Below the pieces are notes generated by a model. It saw only the letters and a program-made list of their open reading frames with translations, searched no databases and was not told the origin of the DNA. Shown in pieces: positions 10,488 to 18,823 of a stretch of 64,000 nucleotides of DNA (positions within the stretch are counted from its first letter, which is position 1; each line of letters opens with the position of its first letter). The position numbers and the translations under genes are program-made. Source of the stretch: Victivallis vadensis (GTDB lineage: Bacteria > Verrucomicrobiota > Lentisphaeria > Victivallales > GWF2-50-93); contig CAMCYE010000004.1 of assembly GCA_945883805.1 (NCBI GenBank), positions 9,917-73,916 on the forward strand, given 5' to 3'.

Positions 10488-11549
10488 CTAATTGTTGAGC
10501 CCCAGAAGACATGAGATGATCCTCTCCCTGCCTGTGACAATCATTATCTCTGCAGTCGAGCCCAGCTTGAGGTTGTAGGGTTCATCCGTAATGGCTATTT
10601 CCACAGGATAATAAAAAGTGTCGTTTTTCTTGACGGGCATCTCATCTATTGCCAGCACCTGCCCCTTGAAATATCCGAAATTGTAATAGTTGTAGGAACG
10701 GCTGCTTATCCTCGCCTTCTGTCCGGGGTGAATCTTGTATATCTTTCTTTCATCGACATATGCAACGTACTTTTTCTGCTTAACCCCCGTCATGCGGCAG
10801 AGCAGATCCCCCTTTTGCACATATCTGGAAGGCTTGTACGGCATATGAATAATAATCCCGGCTTCCGGAGCCTTGACAGTGTAATCAGCCAGATGTTTTT
10901 CAAGCGTCTTGAATTCCCTGCCCCTGTTTTCCAGCTTTATTTTAAGAAGCTTCATTTCACTTTCAGCCTGACTGACGATTTTTTCACCCATCCCTTTGCT
11001 GACTTTCTTAAAATCACTTTCAGCCTTTTCAAGAGTCGCCTTATTTTTTATATATTCCACCTCGATATTCTCAAATTCAGTTTTGGAGATTACGTTCCTG
11101 TCAAAAAGGTCTTTGCACCTTTCAAGTTTCCCCACACTTCTGTCAAATCTCTTTCGCGCCTCATCCAGCTCGATTTCAATGTTACGGTAGTGCGTGGGCA
11201 GCGGGTCTGTGTTAAGGAGGGACAATGAATCTTCCTTCACCTTCAACTCCGCCTCTATCTCTCCTATCAAACCCTTAACCGTCTCGATTCTGTCTTCCAA
11301 CTCCGTGGAATCGAGCTTTAAGATGATCTCGTCCTGCTTCACATGCGCACCGTCGTCCTTCAGGATTTCGGTGATTTTCCCGTCAACCATCGATTTGAAT
11401 TCATAATCGTTTATGCCGCCGACTTCTCCAAATGCGAAAACAACATCCTCCATCTTGAATAGCGAAAGCATAAGTCCCGCCAAAACAACAATCAGGACGG
11501 TGATCAGGATAAGCACCCTGAAAATCTTGATTTTTTTGGTCATGCTCAT
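10488..11549 (-). CDS. HlyD-family membrane fusion/secretion protein
   Basis: N-terminal TM, lipoyl-like halves (VDGKITEIL, VKAPEAGII), long coiled coil, YNFGYFKGQV; ATGA overlap with ABC gene. Confidence 0.88.
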   Translation of the reverse strand: MSMTKKIKIFRVLILITVLIVVLAGLMLSLFKMEDVVFAFGEVGGINDYEFKSMVDGKITEILKDDGAHVKQDEIILKLDSTELEDRIETVKGLIGEIEAELKVKEDSLSLLNTDPLPTHYRNIEIELDEARKRFDRSVGKLERCKDLFDRNVISKTEFENIEVEYIKNKATLEKAESDFKKVSKGMGEKIVSQAESEMKLLKIKLENRGREFKTLEKHLADYTVKAPEAGIIIHMPYKPSRYVQKGDLLCRMTGVKQKKYVAYVDERKIYKIHPGQKARISSRSYNYYNFGYFKGQVLAIDEMPVKKNDTFYYPVEIAITDEPYNLKLGSTAEIMIVTGRERIISCLLGLNN

Positions 11550-13492
11550 AAGTCGGCCTTCATTCCGGAATTTTTCATGTTGATATTGGTCTTCCCCATG
11601 ACGGGCTTGAAAACTTCAGCATGCCTTTTCCCGGACAGTCTGGCCTTGTTGGCATCATACTTCTCATCGGGCTCGTACTCATCTTCAAACTCGCCGAACA
11701 CATTATTTTCCGGAAATTCCTTAAAGTCGTCGTCTATATCGTCAATAATCATTTTTCCGGTGATTTTCCTGAAAGCCTTCTCCTCCTGCGACATGTACAT
11801 TTGCCGGTAAACCCCTTCTTCCTTGATAAGTGCCTCATGCGTGCCGGTCTGCTTGATTTCCCCGTTTTCCATGACGACAATCAGATCGGCATTTTTAACG
11901 GTGGAGAGCCTGTGGGCTATTATTATCGTGGTCCTGTTCTTCATGAGGTGGTCGAGGGCGTCCTGCACCAGATATTCGGAGACCGTATCCAGAGCGGAAG
12001 TCGCCTCGTCGAGAATCAGCATTTTCGGGTTGTTCAAAACGGATCTGGCGATGGCGATCCTCTGTTTCTGGCCTCCGGACAGCATGGCGCCGTTCTCGCC
12101 GATTTCCGTCTTGTACCCCTTTTCAAGCTTTTTCACAAACTCCTCGACATTGGCCATTTTTGCGGCCGCCAGTATTTCATCCGGAGATGCATCCGCCCTA
12201 GCATAGGCGATATTCTCCTCAATGGTGCCGCTGAACAGGAAAGGCTCCTGCAGCACTACTCCGATCTTCTCCCTGTAGGATTCCAGGGCGAGGGTTCTTA
12301 TATCGTGGCCGTCGACGGAGATCGACCCGCTGTTGACATCGTAGAATCTCAAAAGGAGATTTGCAATGGTGGATTTGCCCGAACCGCTGGGGCCGACAAA
12401 CGCTATTTTCTGACCCGGGGAAATGTCGAGGGAGAAATGTTTTATGACCGACTTACCGTTATAGCCGAAAATCACGTCTTTAAAGCTGACTCCGCCATTC
12501 ATCTCTTTTAAAGCAACAGGATTCTCGCATTCGACAATCTCGGGAATAGTGTTGAGCAGTTTCATGATTCTTGAAGCCCCGGCCAGACCGTTTGATATGG
12601 TAGTTGAAAGTCCGCTGATGGAGACAATCGGGCCGAGCAGCATGCCGAGATACGTGTAGAACGCCACAAATTCCCCGATAGTCATGGTGCCGTTCATCAC
12701 CATGGAGCCACCGGCGGCAAGAACAACGAGAATGCATCCTATGTTTATCAATTCCGCAAGTATCCAGAGATATACGCCGTTCATGTTTATGTTTATGGTG
12801 AGATCCAGCACGGGTCTCAGCTGCGAGACAAAATTGCGGTTCTCCGTACGTTCCTTCGCAAAAGACTTCACCACCCTCACGCCATTTATCGTTTCAGCGA
12901 GATTGGCGGATATCTCGGACATCTTTTCACTCAAATCAATTTGCTGCGTCTGCATTATCTTCCTGAAATAAATGAAGTTCACAAGCTGCAAAGGTATCAG
13001 TATCAGGCAAATCAGGGCGATTTTTGGACACATCATGAAAAGAACGCCGGTGATAAAGACAATTACGAACGTGTTCATCGCCACGGTTGCCAGACTTGCG
13101 AATATCATCTGTTCGAGTCTTGCGACATCGGAAATAACATTCGATATGAGTTTCCCAGCCCTGTATTCGGTATAAAAACGCAGTGAGAGGTTCTGGAGAT
13201 GCTTAAACAGCTTTTTCCTGATGTCGAACATCAGCCTCTGTGAAATATAAAACAAAAAGTAATGGCTCATATAAAAGAATATTGAGCGCATTGCGTAGAT
13301 AAGCACAATAGAGCCGAGTATCGCGTAAAGCAACCCCAGGTCAGACGCCCCAAGCACCCGGTCTATTATTATTTTCAGCATCCAGGGAAGTACAAGCCCC
13401 AAATTGGCAAACACTATCAGACTGACTATACTGCCCACTATAAGATATCTGTATGGCCTCAAAAGTGTTATGAAATATTTGTTTTTTTTCAT
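11546..13492 (-). CDS. ABC exporter, fused permease/ATPase, with acidic C-terminal tail
   Basis: TMD, GPSGSGKS, LSGGQKQR, ILDEATSALD, IAHRLST; ATG 13492 preferred because TTG 13519 overlaps the predicted sigma-54 start site. Confidence 0.92.
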   Translation of the reverse strand: MKKNKYFITLLRPYRYLIVGSIVSLIVFANLGLVLPWMLKIIIDRVLGASDLGLLYAILGSIVLIYAMRSIFFYMSHYFLFYISQRLMFDIRKKLFKHLQNLSLRFYTEYRAGKLISNVISDVARLEQMIFASLATVAMNTFVIVFITGVLFMMCPKIALICLILIPLQLVNFIYFRKIMQTQQIDLSEKMSEISANLAETINGVRVVKSFAKERTENRNFVSQLRPVLDLTININMNGVYLWILAELINIGCILVVLAAGGSMVMNGTMTIGEFVAFYTYLGMLLGPIVSISGLSTTISNGLAGASRIMKLLNTIPEIVECENPVALKEMNGGVSFKDVIFGYNGKSVIKHFSLDISPGQKIAFVGPSGSGKSTIANLLLRFYDVNSGSISVDGHDIRTLALESYREKIGVVLQEPFLFSGTIEENIAYARADASPDEILAAAKMANVEEFVKKLEKGYKTEIGENGAMLSGGQKQRIAIARSVLNNPKMLILDEATSALDTVSEYLVQDALDHLMKNRTTIIIAHRLSTVKNADLIVVMENGEIKQTGTHEALIKEEGVYRQMYMSQEEKAFRKITGKMIIDDIDDDFKEFPENNVFGEFEDEYEPDEKYDANKARLSGKRHAEVFKPVMGKTNINMKNSGMKADL

Positions 13493-13528
13493 TTTCCGTA
13501 TTATTTCTTTTGTTTGCAAAAACGATGA

Positions 13529-13543
13529 GCATAAAGCATTCCA
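13529..13543 (-). promoter_or_regulatory. Sigma-54 (-24/-12) promoter of the ABC-HlyD unit
   Basis: Minus strand TGGAATGCTTTATGC with exact GG-N10-GC spacing, 36 bp before the ATG; activator gene in same cluster. Confidence 0.7.
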
Positions 13544-13630
13544 TATTAATTATTATTAATATATTCAGTTAATCATCAACGTAATATACATATTCACAAT
13601 AAAAAATCCTTGGAACTTCAATTGACAAGG

Positions 13631-13748
13631 TGTCCCATCTCTGGCACATCATGACGCGTATATTTTCATAATATAATCATAACTTGCTGCAAACATTGAT
13701 GTTATATATATTTTCACAAATGGCACACTCCATTCCCAATATGACACA
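13631..13748. promoter_or_regulatory. Candidate upstream activator sites (TGT-N12-ACA)
   Basis: TGTCCCATCTCTGGCACA (13631-13648) plus degenerate copies ending TGGCACA (13727) and TGACACA (13748); AT-rich spacer to promoter. Confidence 0.55.
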
Positions 13749-13755
13749 CCAGTAC

Positions 13756-13882
13756 TGGATTCGTTGGGCGAAAGAATTTCCGAACCTTTATTAAGACAAG
13801 CAGACGCTTGGCGTTCTCAGGAATGCCGTCTGGTCGGCTCTATGCAATTCTTCTGTAAAAGTCTTTCCACACGAGATTATCA
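13756..13882. repeat. MITE-like element, same family as 18390-18550 and the addB insert at 48328-48415
   Basis: TTAAGACAAGCAGACGCTTGGCGTTCTCAGGAATGCCGTCTGGTCGGCTC...TTCCACA. Confidence 0.75.
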
Positions 13883-13992
13883 GTCAAAAACTACACCGGA
13901 ATTTTTCAGTAAATGCAGCTTTCACAATTCTGCAAATTGTGGAAACTGGCACTTAAACTGATATAGTTTCCCTGAAAAACTATAAATACGGG

Positions 13993-15714
13993 ATGAGTAT
14001 GCGGAATTCGCAAAAAAACATAACGTTCTTGGAAGTCAATTCATCGTATTCACACACGATGCTTTCGTATGGATATCTCCGTGCATACACCGAAAAAATG
14101 CTGTCCGGATGGAACTGGAACCACATCGAGACAACCACCAATGAGGACGGAGATGCCGCCCTCCTGAAAACATTGTCCGTCAGACCGGACGTAGTCTGCG
14201 CCACGTTATACCTTTTCAACCACGAATATACTGTAAAAATCCTCAAGAAACTGAAAAGGCTTCTGCCAGACTGCATGATTTTCCTAGGCGGTCCGGAATT
14301 CCTCGGCAACAATGAGGAATTCCTGCGAAAGAATCCGGAAGTGAGCGCCACAATACGCGGAGATGAAAGCAGTTTCCATTCCCTGCTGGCAAATCTGGAC
14401 AAAAAAGACAAATGGAAAAAGATCCCCGGTGTGTGCTTTGTCCGTAACGGCAGATATTCCGATGCCGGTTTTGCGAAATTCGCAGGCAGTCTTGATGAAA
14501 CCCCCTCACCATATGAAAAAGGACATTACACATCGGGCAGACCTTTCTACCAGATAGAAACTTCCCGCGGCTGCGGAGGGAAATGCAGTTTCTGCACCAG
14601 CGCACTGTCAGACGGCATCGCCTGTTTCAGCATTTCCAGAATAAGAAATGAACTTGAAATCCTGAGCAAGGCTGGCATCCGCGAAATCCGCATTGTTGAC
14701 CGGACTTTCAACGAAGACAAAAAACGCTCGACGGATCTCCTGAAAATATTCAGGCAGTATCCTGAAATAAGGTTTCACCTTGAAATAAATCCGGCACTTG
14801 TCGATCAGGAGATACTGGATGAGCTAAACCTGTTCACGGCGAAACGACTCCATATCGAGACAGGAATACAGACCCTTTGCGAAAAGAGCCTCAAATCGGT
14901 CAAGAGATTCGGCTCTGCCGAAAAAATGCTTTCCGGACTTAAAAAGCTCCGCCACTTGGAAAACGCCGAACTTCACGTCGACCTGATCTCCGGACTGCCG
15001 GAACAGAAATTCAGCGATGTCCTGAACGATGTGAAAAAGCTTATCAAGGTCAACCCCCATGAAATCCAGCTCGAGACCCTCAAGATCCTTCCCGGAACGT
15101 CAATCTCGGTCAATCCGCCGCCTGGGAATGTTTCAAACCCCCTGCCCCCGTATGAAATCCTTGAGACAAGGACAATGACGGCAGGCCAGCTCCAGACGGC
15201 AAAACATCTTTCCAAAATGCTCGATTCATATTTAAACATCCCCAGATTGAAGAACTTATTCAGGTTCGCATTCATCCGGGACAAATCATTCATTGAAAAG
15301 TTTCTCCGGCATCTTGAGACAAATTCGGATCCGATGCAGAAACATCATCTCGACAGAAGACTTCTGATGTTGAAAGACTACGCCGACAAAAATGACACAC
15401 TTCTTGCTGAATCCGTAATTTTCTTCTGGTTATCAGGAGGATTTCCTCCTGATAAATGTATCACGGGCATCCTGCCTGTGACGACAAGAAAAATAAAAAA
15501 TATCCGAAAAGATGAGCCACCGGACGGGAAGAACATTTTCACATCCGCTGAAAATATTTCCCCGTCAAAAATAATTGAAATCGAATTCAGTTTCAACGCC
15601 GCTGATTTATGGCTGGATCCGGAGGCGAAATTGATGAAAGGCAAATTCAAATATCTTTTTTACACAGCACAAGGCAGCAGAGTCATGAGGATTCAGAGTC
15701 ATCCCGAAGGATGA
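13993..15714 (+). CDS. B12-binding radical SAM protein (DUF4080-type)
   Basis: Cobalamin-binding-like N-terminus (LGGPEF), ETSRGCGGKCSFC, VDRTFN, HVDLISGLP. Confidence 0.85.
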   Translation: MSMRNSQKNITFLEVNSSYSHTMLSYGYLRAYTEKMLSGWNWNHIETTTNEDGDAALLKTLSVRPDVVCATLYLFNHEYTVKILKKLKRLLPDCMIFLGGPEFLGNNEEFLRKNPEVSATIRGDESSFHSLLANLDKKDKWKKIPGVCFVRNGRYSDAGFAKFAGSLDETPSPYEKGHYTSGRPFYQIETSRGCGGKCSFCTSALSDGIACFSISRIRNELEILSKAGIREIRIVDRTFNEDKKRSTDLLKIFRQYPEIRFHLEINPALVDQEILDELNLFTAKRLHIETGIQTLCEKSLKSVKRFGSAEKMLSGLKKLRHLENAELHVDLISGLPEQKFSDVLNDVKKLIKVNPHEIQLETLKILPGTSISVNPPPGNVSNPLPPYEILETRTMTAGQLQTAKHLSKMLDSYLNIPRLKNLFRFAFIRDKSFIEKFLRHLETNSDPMQKHHLDRRLLMLKDYADKNDTLLAESVIFFWLSGGFPPDKCITGILPVTTRKIKNIRKDEPPDGKNIFTSAENISPSKIIEIEFSFNAADLWLDPEAKLMKGKFKYLFYTAQGSRVMRIQSHPEG

Positions 15715-15945
15715 CGGATGGATGGATTGTCGGATTACCCGCCTTCGCTAAAATGCTACGGCGCGGCAAGATGGATGATTGGGTTTGAGTTCAAAGAAAA
15801 TCTAAAAGAGTTCCTGTATGCAAAAAACGGAAAAGTTATTTTACGAATTTATCACAGGATTGTTCTATGCTTCTGTCTTTGATACGCAACCATCCAGCAA
15901 TCCAATCATCCCTGGCCGTCCGGCACGGGCAGGCCAATCATCCAT
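15715..15945. repeat. Inverted GGATGGATT/AATCCATCC-type arrays with nested 33-bp element (15738-15770) and CCTG..GGCAGG hairpin (15911-15933)
   Basis: Direct reading of arrays and inserts. Confidence 0.65.
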
Positions 15946-15954
15946 GGGACGGCA

Positions 15955-16893
15955 ATGAACATGAACGGAGAAACAGGGACACCACTTGCCCCGAAACCCG
16001 CTAAGTCGCCGGAACTCACGGCTGGCATGTCATGCAGGGAGGCCGCGCTCCGCTCCTTTGACTTTTATTTTCGGAACTTTTTATGGAATGAGAAAGGGGC
16101 TCGTATCGGAAATGATCCTGAATTCCTTCATTATCTTCGTGTAGCTTCAAAGAGACTCAGGGTCGCCCTCGCTGTTTTCGAAGAATATTTCCCCGAAGAC
16201 AATATTTCCAGTTACAGAAGTGAGTTGAAATCACTGGCGCAGATATTCGGAAAGGCCAGGGATACTGACGTTTACCTGGAATTCCTCAGTGACACGGCCT
16301 CAAAGATGACGAGTCCGGACGAGCTCAGCGTTTTCAACAAATACAAGAACTTTTTCCTCAGGAGGAAAAAATTTCGCCAACGGGCCGTTTTAAAAAAGCT
16401 GGACACGAAAGATTATAAATCATTTGTTGCCGAATTCGCAAATTTCATTTCTCGAAATCTCCCCGCTGAAAACGCAGGCGCTGAAACGCCGGTGTCTGAA
16501 ATCATTGACCTAAAAATAAGGGCAAGGCTTGAAGAACTCATCAAACATTCAGAAAAACTGACCCGCAATTCCTCCGATTCCAAACTCCACAAGTTCAGAA
16601 TTAAATGCAGGAAGCTCAGATATGAAGTGGAGATTTTCCTCGATGTCCCCGGCAATAACTGGGAGGAGTTGGACAGAAGGCTGATCGAACTTCAGCGCTC
16701 GCTCGGCTCGCATCACGACGCAGTGACAGCCGGAAAAAAACTGGCCTCATACATAAGAACACACAAGGAATATTCAAAATCCAGAACTTTGAAAAAATTG
16801 AGGAACCTCCAGAATGAAAGAGCTTCGAAGTTCAGGAATGAATTCTTTGTAATATTTTTTCACATGAAAAAATATCTCAGACGCTGTCTTTAA
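15955..16893 (+). CDS. Stand-alone CHAD-domain protein (putative polyphosphate-binding)
   Basis: DPEFLHYLRVASKRLR, GKARDTDV, LHKFRIKCRKLRY, LGSHHD. Confidence 0.88.
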   Translation: MNMNGETGTPLAPKPAKSPELTAGMSCREAALRSFDFYFRNFLWNEKGARIGNDPEFLHYLRVASKRLRVALAVFEEYFPEDNISSYRSELKSLAQIFGKARDTDVYLEFLSDTASKMTSPDELSVFNKYKNFFLRRKKFRQRAVLKKLDTKDYKSFVAEFANFISRNLPAENAGAETPVSEIIDLKIRARLEELIKHSEKLTRNSSDSKLHKFRIKCRKLRYEVEIFLDVPGNNWEELDRRLIELQRSLGSHHDAVTAGKKLASYIRTHKEYSKSRTLKKLRNLQNERASKFRNEFFVIFFHMKKYLRRCL

Positions 16894-18301
16894 GCCTCTG
16901 AATCACCTTCTGATTCGCCTCGTAGAAGCACATCGCATCAGGAGAGGTGATGACATCCTGCCTTGACTGGTCCATAACCTTCTTCCGCTTGACTGAATCA
17001 CTGAGATATCTCTCGAGATATCTTACAAGTGTCCGCGGACTCAGCTCCTCAAATATGTGCTGTCCGAACTCCTCGACATAATCGGACGCTATCACTGAGA
17101 CCAGCTCCTTGCCCGGAGACTTCATCCCCATGGCCATAAGGAAATCATGAACCATTTCCTGACATGTGATTTCGTCGAAAAACGGAAAGGCAAACCCCTT
17201 GCCGCGGCTTAAAATATTGGCGGGACATTCATAGTTGGAAGCTATGATTACAGTTATATTTTCAGGCAAAACACAGCTTCCCCCGATATTTGTCCTGAAG
17301 TAATACCAGTCAATTTTCCTGGTGTCCACATCATCAAAAAACAGGACAAAGCGTCTGTTCGAACGCTTGCCCAATATTGCAATGAGGTCAACAAGGGGCT
17401 TTTCAAGCTCATGCGGTTCGCAGAGGATGAGGGTGAGGTTCTGGAAATAAAGCGAATAGGAAATTGTAAAGTGGGTTTTCCCAAGTCCGGGAAGACTGGT
17501 TATGAGAAGAGGGAAATTCTCGCCTTTTTCGGAGAAAGCCGCAAGATATTTCCTGAAGAATTCCTTCGCCGAAGGAAAACCGTAGAACTTGCCGACCGGA
17601 CGAACCGGACCGATTTTCGCCGGAAAAAACCTCCCCTCTGAAAAACGAAAAACCCTGTCTCCCGAAAGAAAAGGATCCATTTTCTGGAAACGTTCCTGCA
17701 GTTCTGCAATCGGCACGGTATGCAAATCTATTTTTGAGTCGAATATTTCCGACATTGAAAGCTTTTCCCGGATGAAAGGGGTCAGTCTTGTCAGGGAGCT
17801 TCCGCTTCTGTCCAGGCTGGAAATAATATCCATGTAATCCACAACGAGCTTAATTCCGGATTTGACAAGCCTGTCGCCGTGGGCGAGTTTGAATTTTATT
17901 ATCTCCTCATCCTTTTTTTCGTTGACTAGGCTCTGGTCGAGTGTCGTGGTTTCGATAATTGCGGCAATGAGGATGTCGTTGAAATTCTGTTTTCTGCAAA
18001 GCGCCATCAGGGAATTGATATAATCTATTGAATCCGGTTCAGTCCCTGAAACATAGCTTCTCCTGGAGGCCGTATTCGGGTTTTCACGAAGCAGGTCAAG
18101 TTCAGAGTCTATTGAAATCAATATTTTGAAAAAGAGGGAAAGGAGTTCGCTGTTCCCCAGTTCCTTGATCTTCAACCCCTGTCCGGATATATGCTCAAAC
18201 AGTACATTGAAGCTCGCAAGGGAATCCATTGACAGGACCTTCAGGTCTGCAAGAACAGCCCCTGCATCATTCCCGGAAATTTTTTCAGTTTTTATCGGCA
18301 T
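16877..18301 (-). CDS. P-loop AAA-type ATPase (DUF815-like C-terminal domain) with unknown N-terminal half
   Basis: Walker A SLPGLGKT, Walker B FVLFFDD, IIASN, LSPRT. Confidence 0.65.
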   Translation of the reverse strand: MPIKTEKISGNDAGAVLADLKVLSMDSLASFNVLFEHISGQGLKIKELGNSELLSLFFKILISIDSELDLLRENPNTASRRSYVSGTEPDSIDYINSLMALCRKQNFNDILIAAIIETTTLDQSLVNEKKDEEIIKFKLAHGDRLVKSGIKLVVDYMDIISSLDRSGSSLTRLTPFIREKLSMSEIFDSKIDLHTVPIAELQERFQKMDPFLSGDRVFRFSEGRFFPAKIGPVRPVGKFYGFPSAKEFFRKYLAAFSEKGENFPLLITSLPGLGKTHFTISYSLYFQNLTLILCEPHELEKPLVDLIAILGKRSNRRFVLFFDDVDTRKIDWYYFRTNIGGSCVLPENITVIIASNYECPANILSRGKGFAFPFFDEITCQEMVHDFLMAMGMKSPGKELVSVIASDYVEEFGQHIFEELSPRTLVRYLERYLSDSVKRKKVMDQSRQDVITSPDAMCFYEANQKVIQRLKDSV

Positions 18302-18372
18302 GACGGTAATATAAGGGGATTTCGGAGAATTTCACCTAAAGGATTCATAAGATCCCCCCGATTGCCTTTTAA

Positions 18373-18712
18373 TGTAGCACAGGCCCTGGATTTGCTTGGC
18401 GGAAGTATTTCCGCACATTTTTAAGCCAAGTCGTTCTTAGATCCCGAGTCACATCATGAGCTCGGGGCAGACTCTTGGCGTTCCCGGGAACGCTGACCGT
18501 CTGGTCGGCTCCATGTATTTCTTGTGCGGAAGGACTTCCGCCGAAAGTATCTGGTCGCCGTAGGCGCTGCCATACGCTTGTACGCCTCAGGCGTGCAGGT
18601 AAACATTCTTGCCTGTATCTTCATTTCCAGATGTGATGTTGAGAATACGCTAGGGCGCACAAGTCACAGACACGAAAAACAGAAACTACAGATAGGAATG
18701 TCTGTGTTACTT
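18373..18712. mobile_element. Multiply nested non-autonomous elements: REPIN > 36-bp element > MITE > hairpin
   Basis: Each layer resolved by comparison with simpler copies elsewhere in the window (see findings). Confidence 0.75.
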
Positions 18713-18763
18713 TCAAGAAGAAGACTCTTTTTTTTAATGATCCCTCCTGAAAACAAGATGAAC

Positions 18764-18796
18764 AAAAAAAAAGCCGGAAGGTTAATTCCGGCTTTT
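18764..18796 (-). terminator. Rho-independent terminator of pnp
   Basis: AAAAGCCGGAA-loop-TTCCGGCTTTT with a long U tract on minus strand. Confidence 0.8.
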
Positions 18797-18823
18797 CCAT
18801 TTAGATTTAAATTAAATCAGGAC

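Noticed and set aside
11621-12511. 296-aa plus-strand ORF and similar long antisense ORFs
   Set aside because: Shadow frames of well-supported genes on the other strand
13642-13962. Plus-strand TGGCAC sites (13642, 13721, 13947) as sigma-54 promoters
   Set aside because: None has GC at the exact -12 position; the first two fit better as enhancer half-sites
10488-15714. RiPP cluster (B12 radical SAM plus ABC/HlyD)
   Set aside because: No credible precursor peptide (nearby short ORFs are repeat-derived), no C39 peptidase, genes divergent
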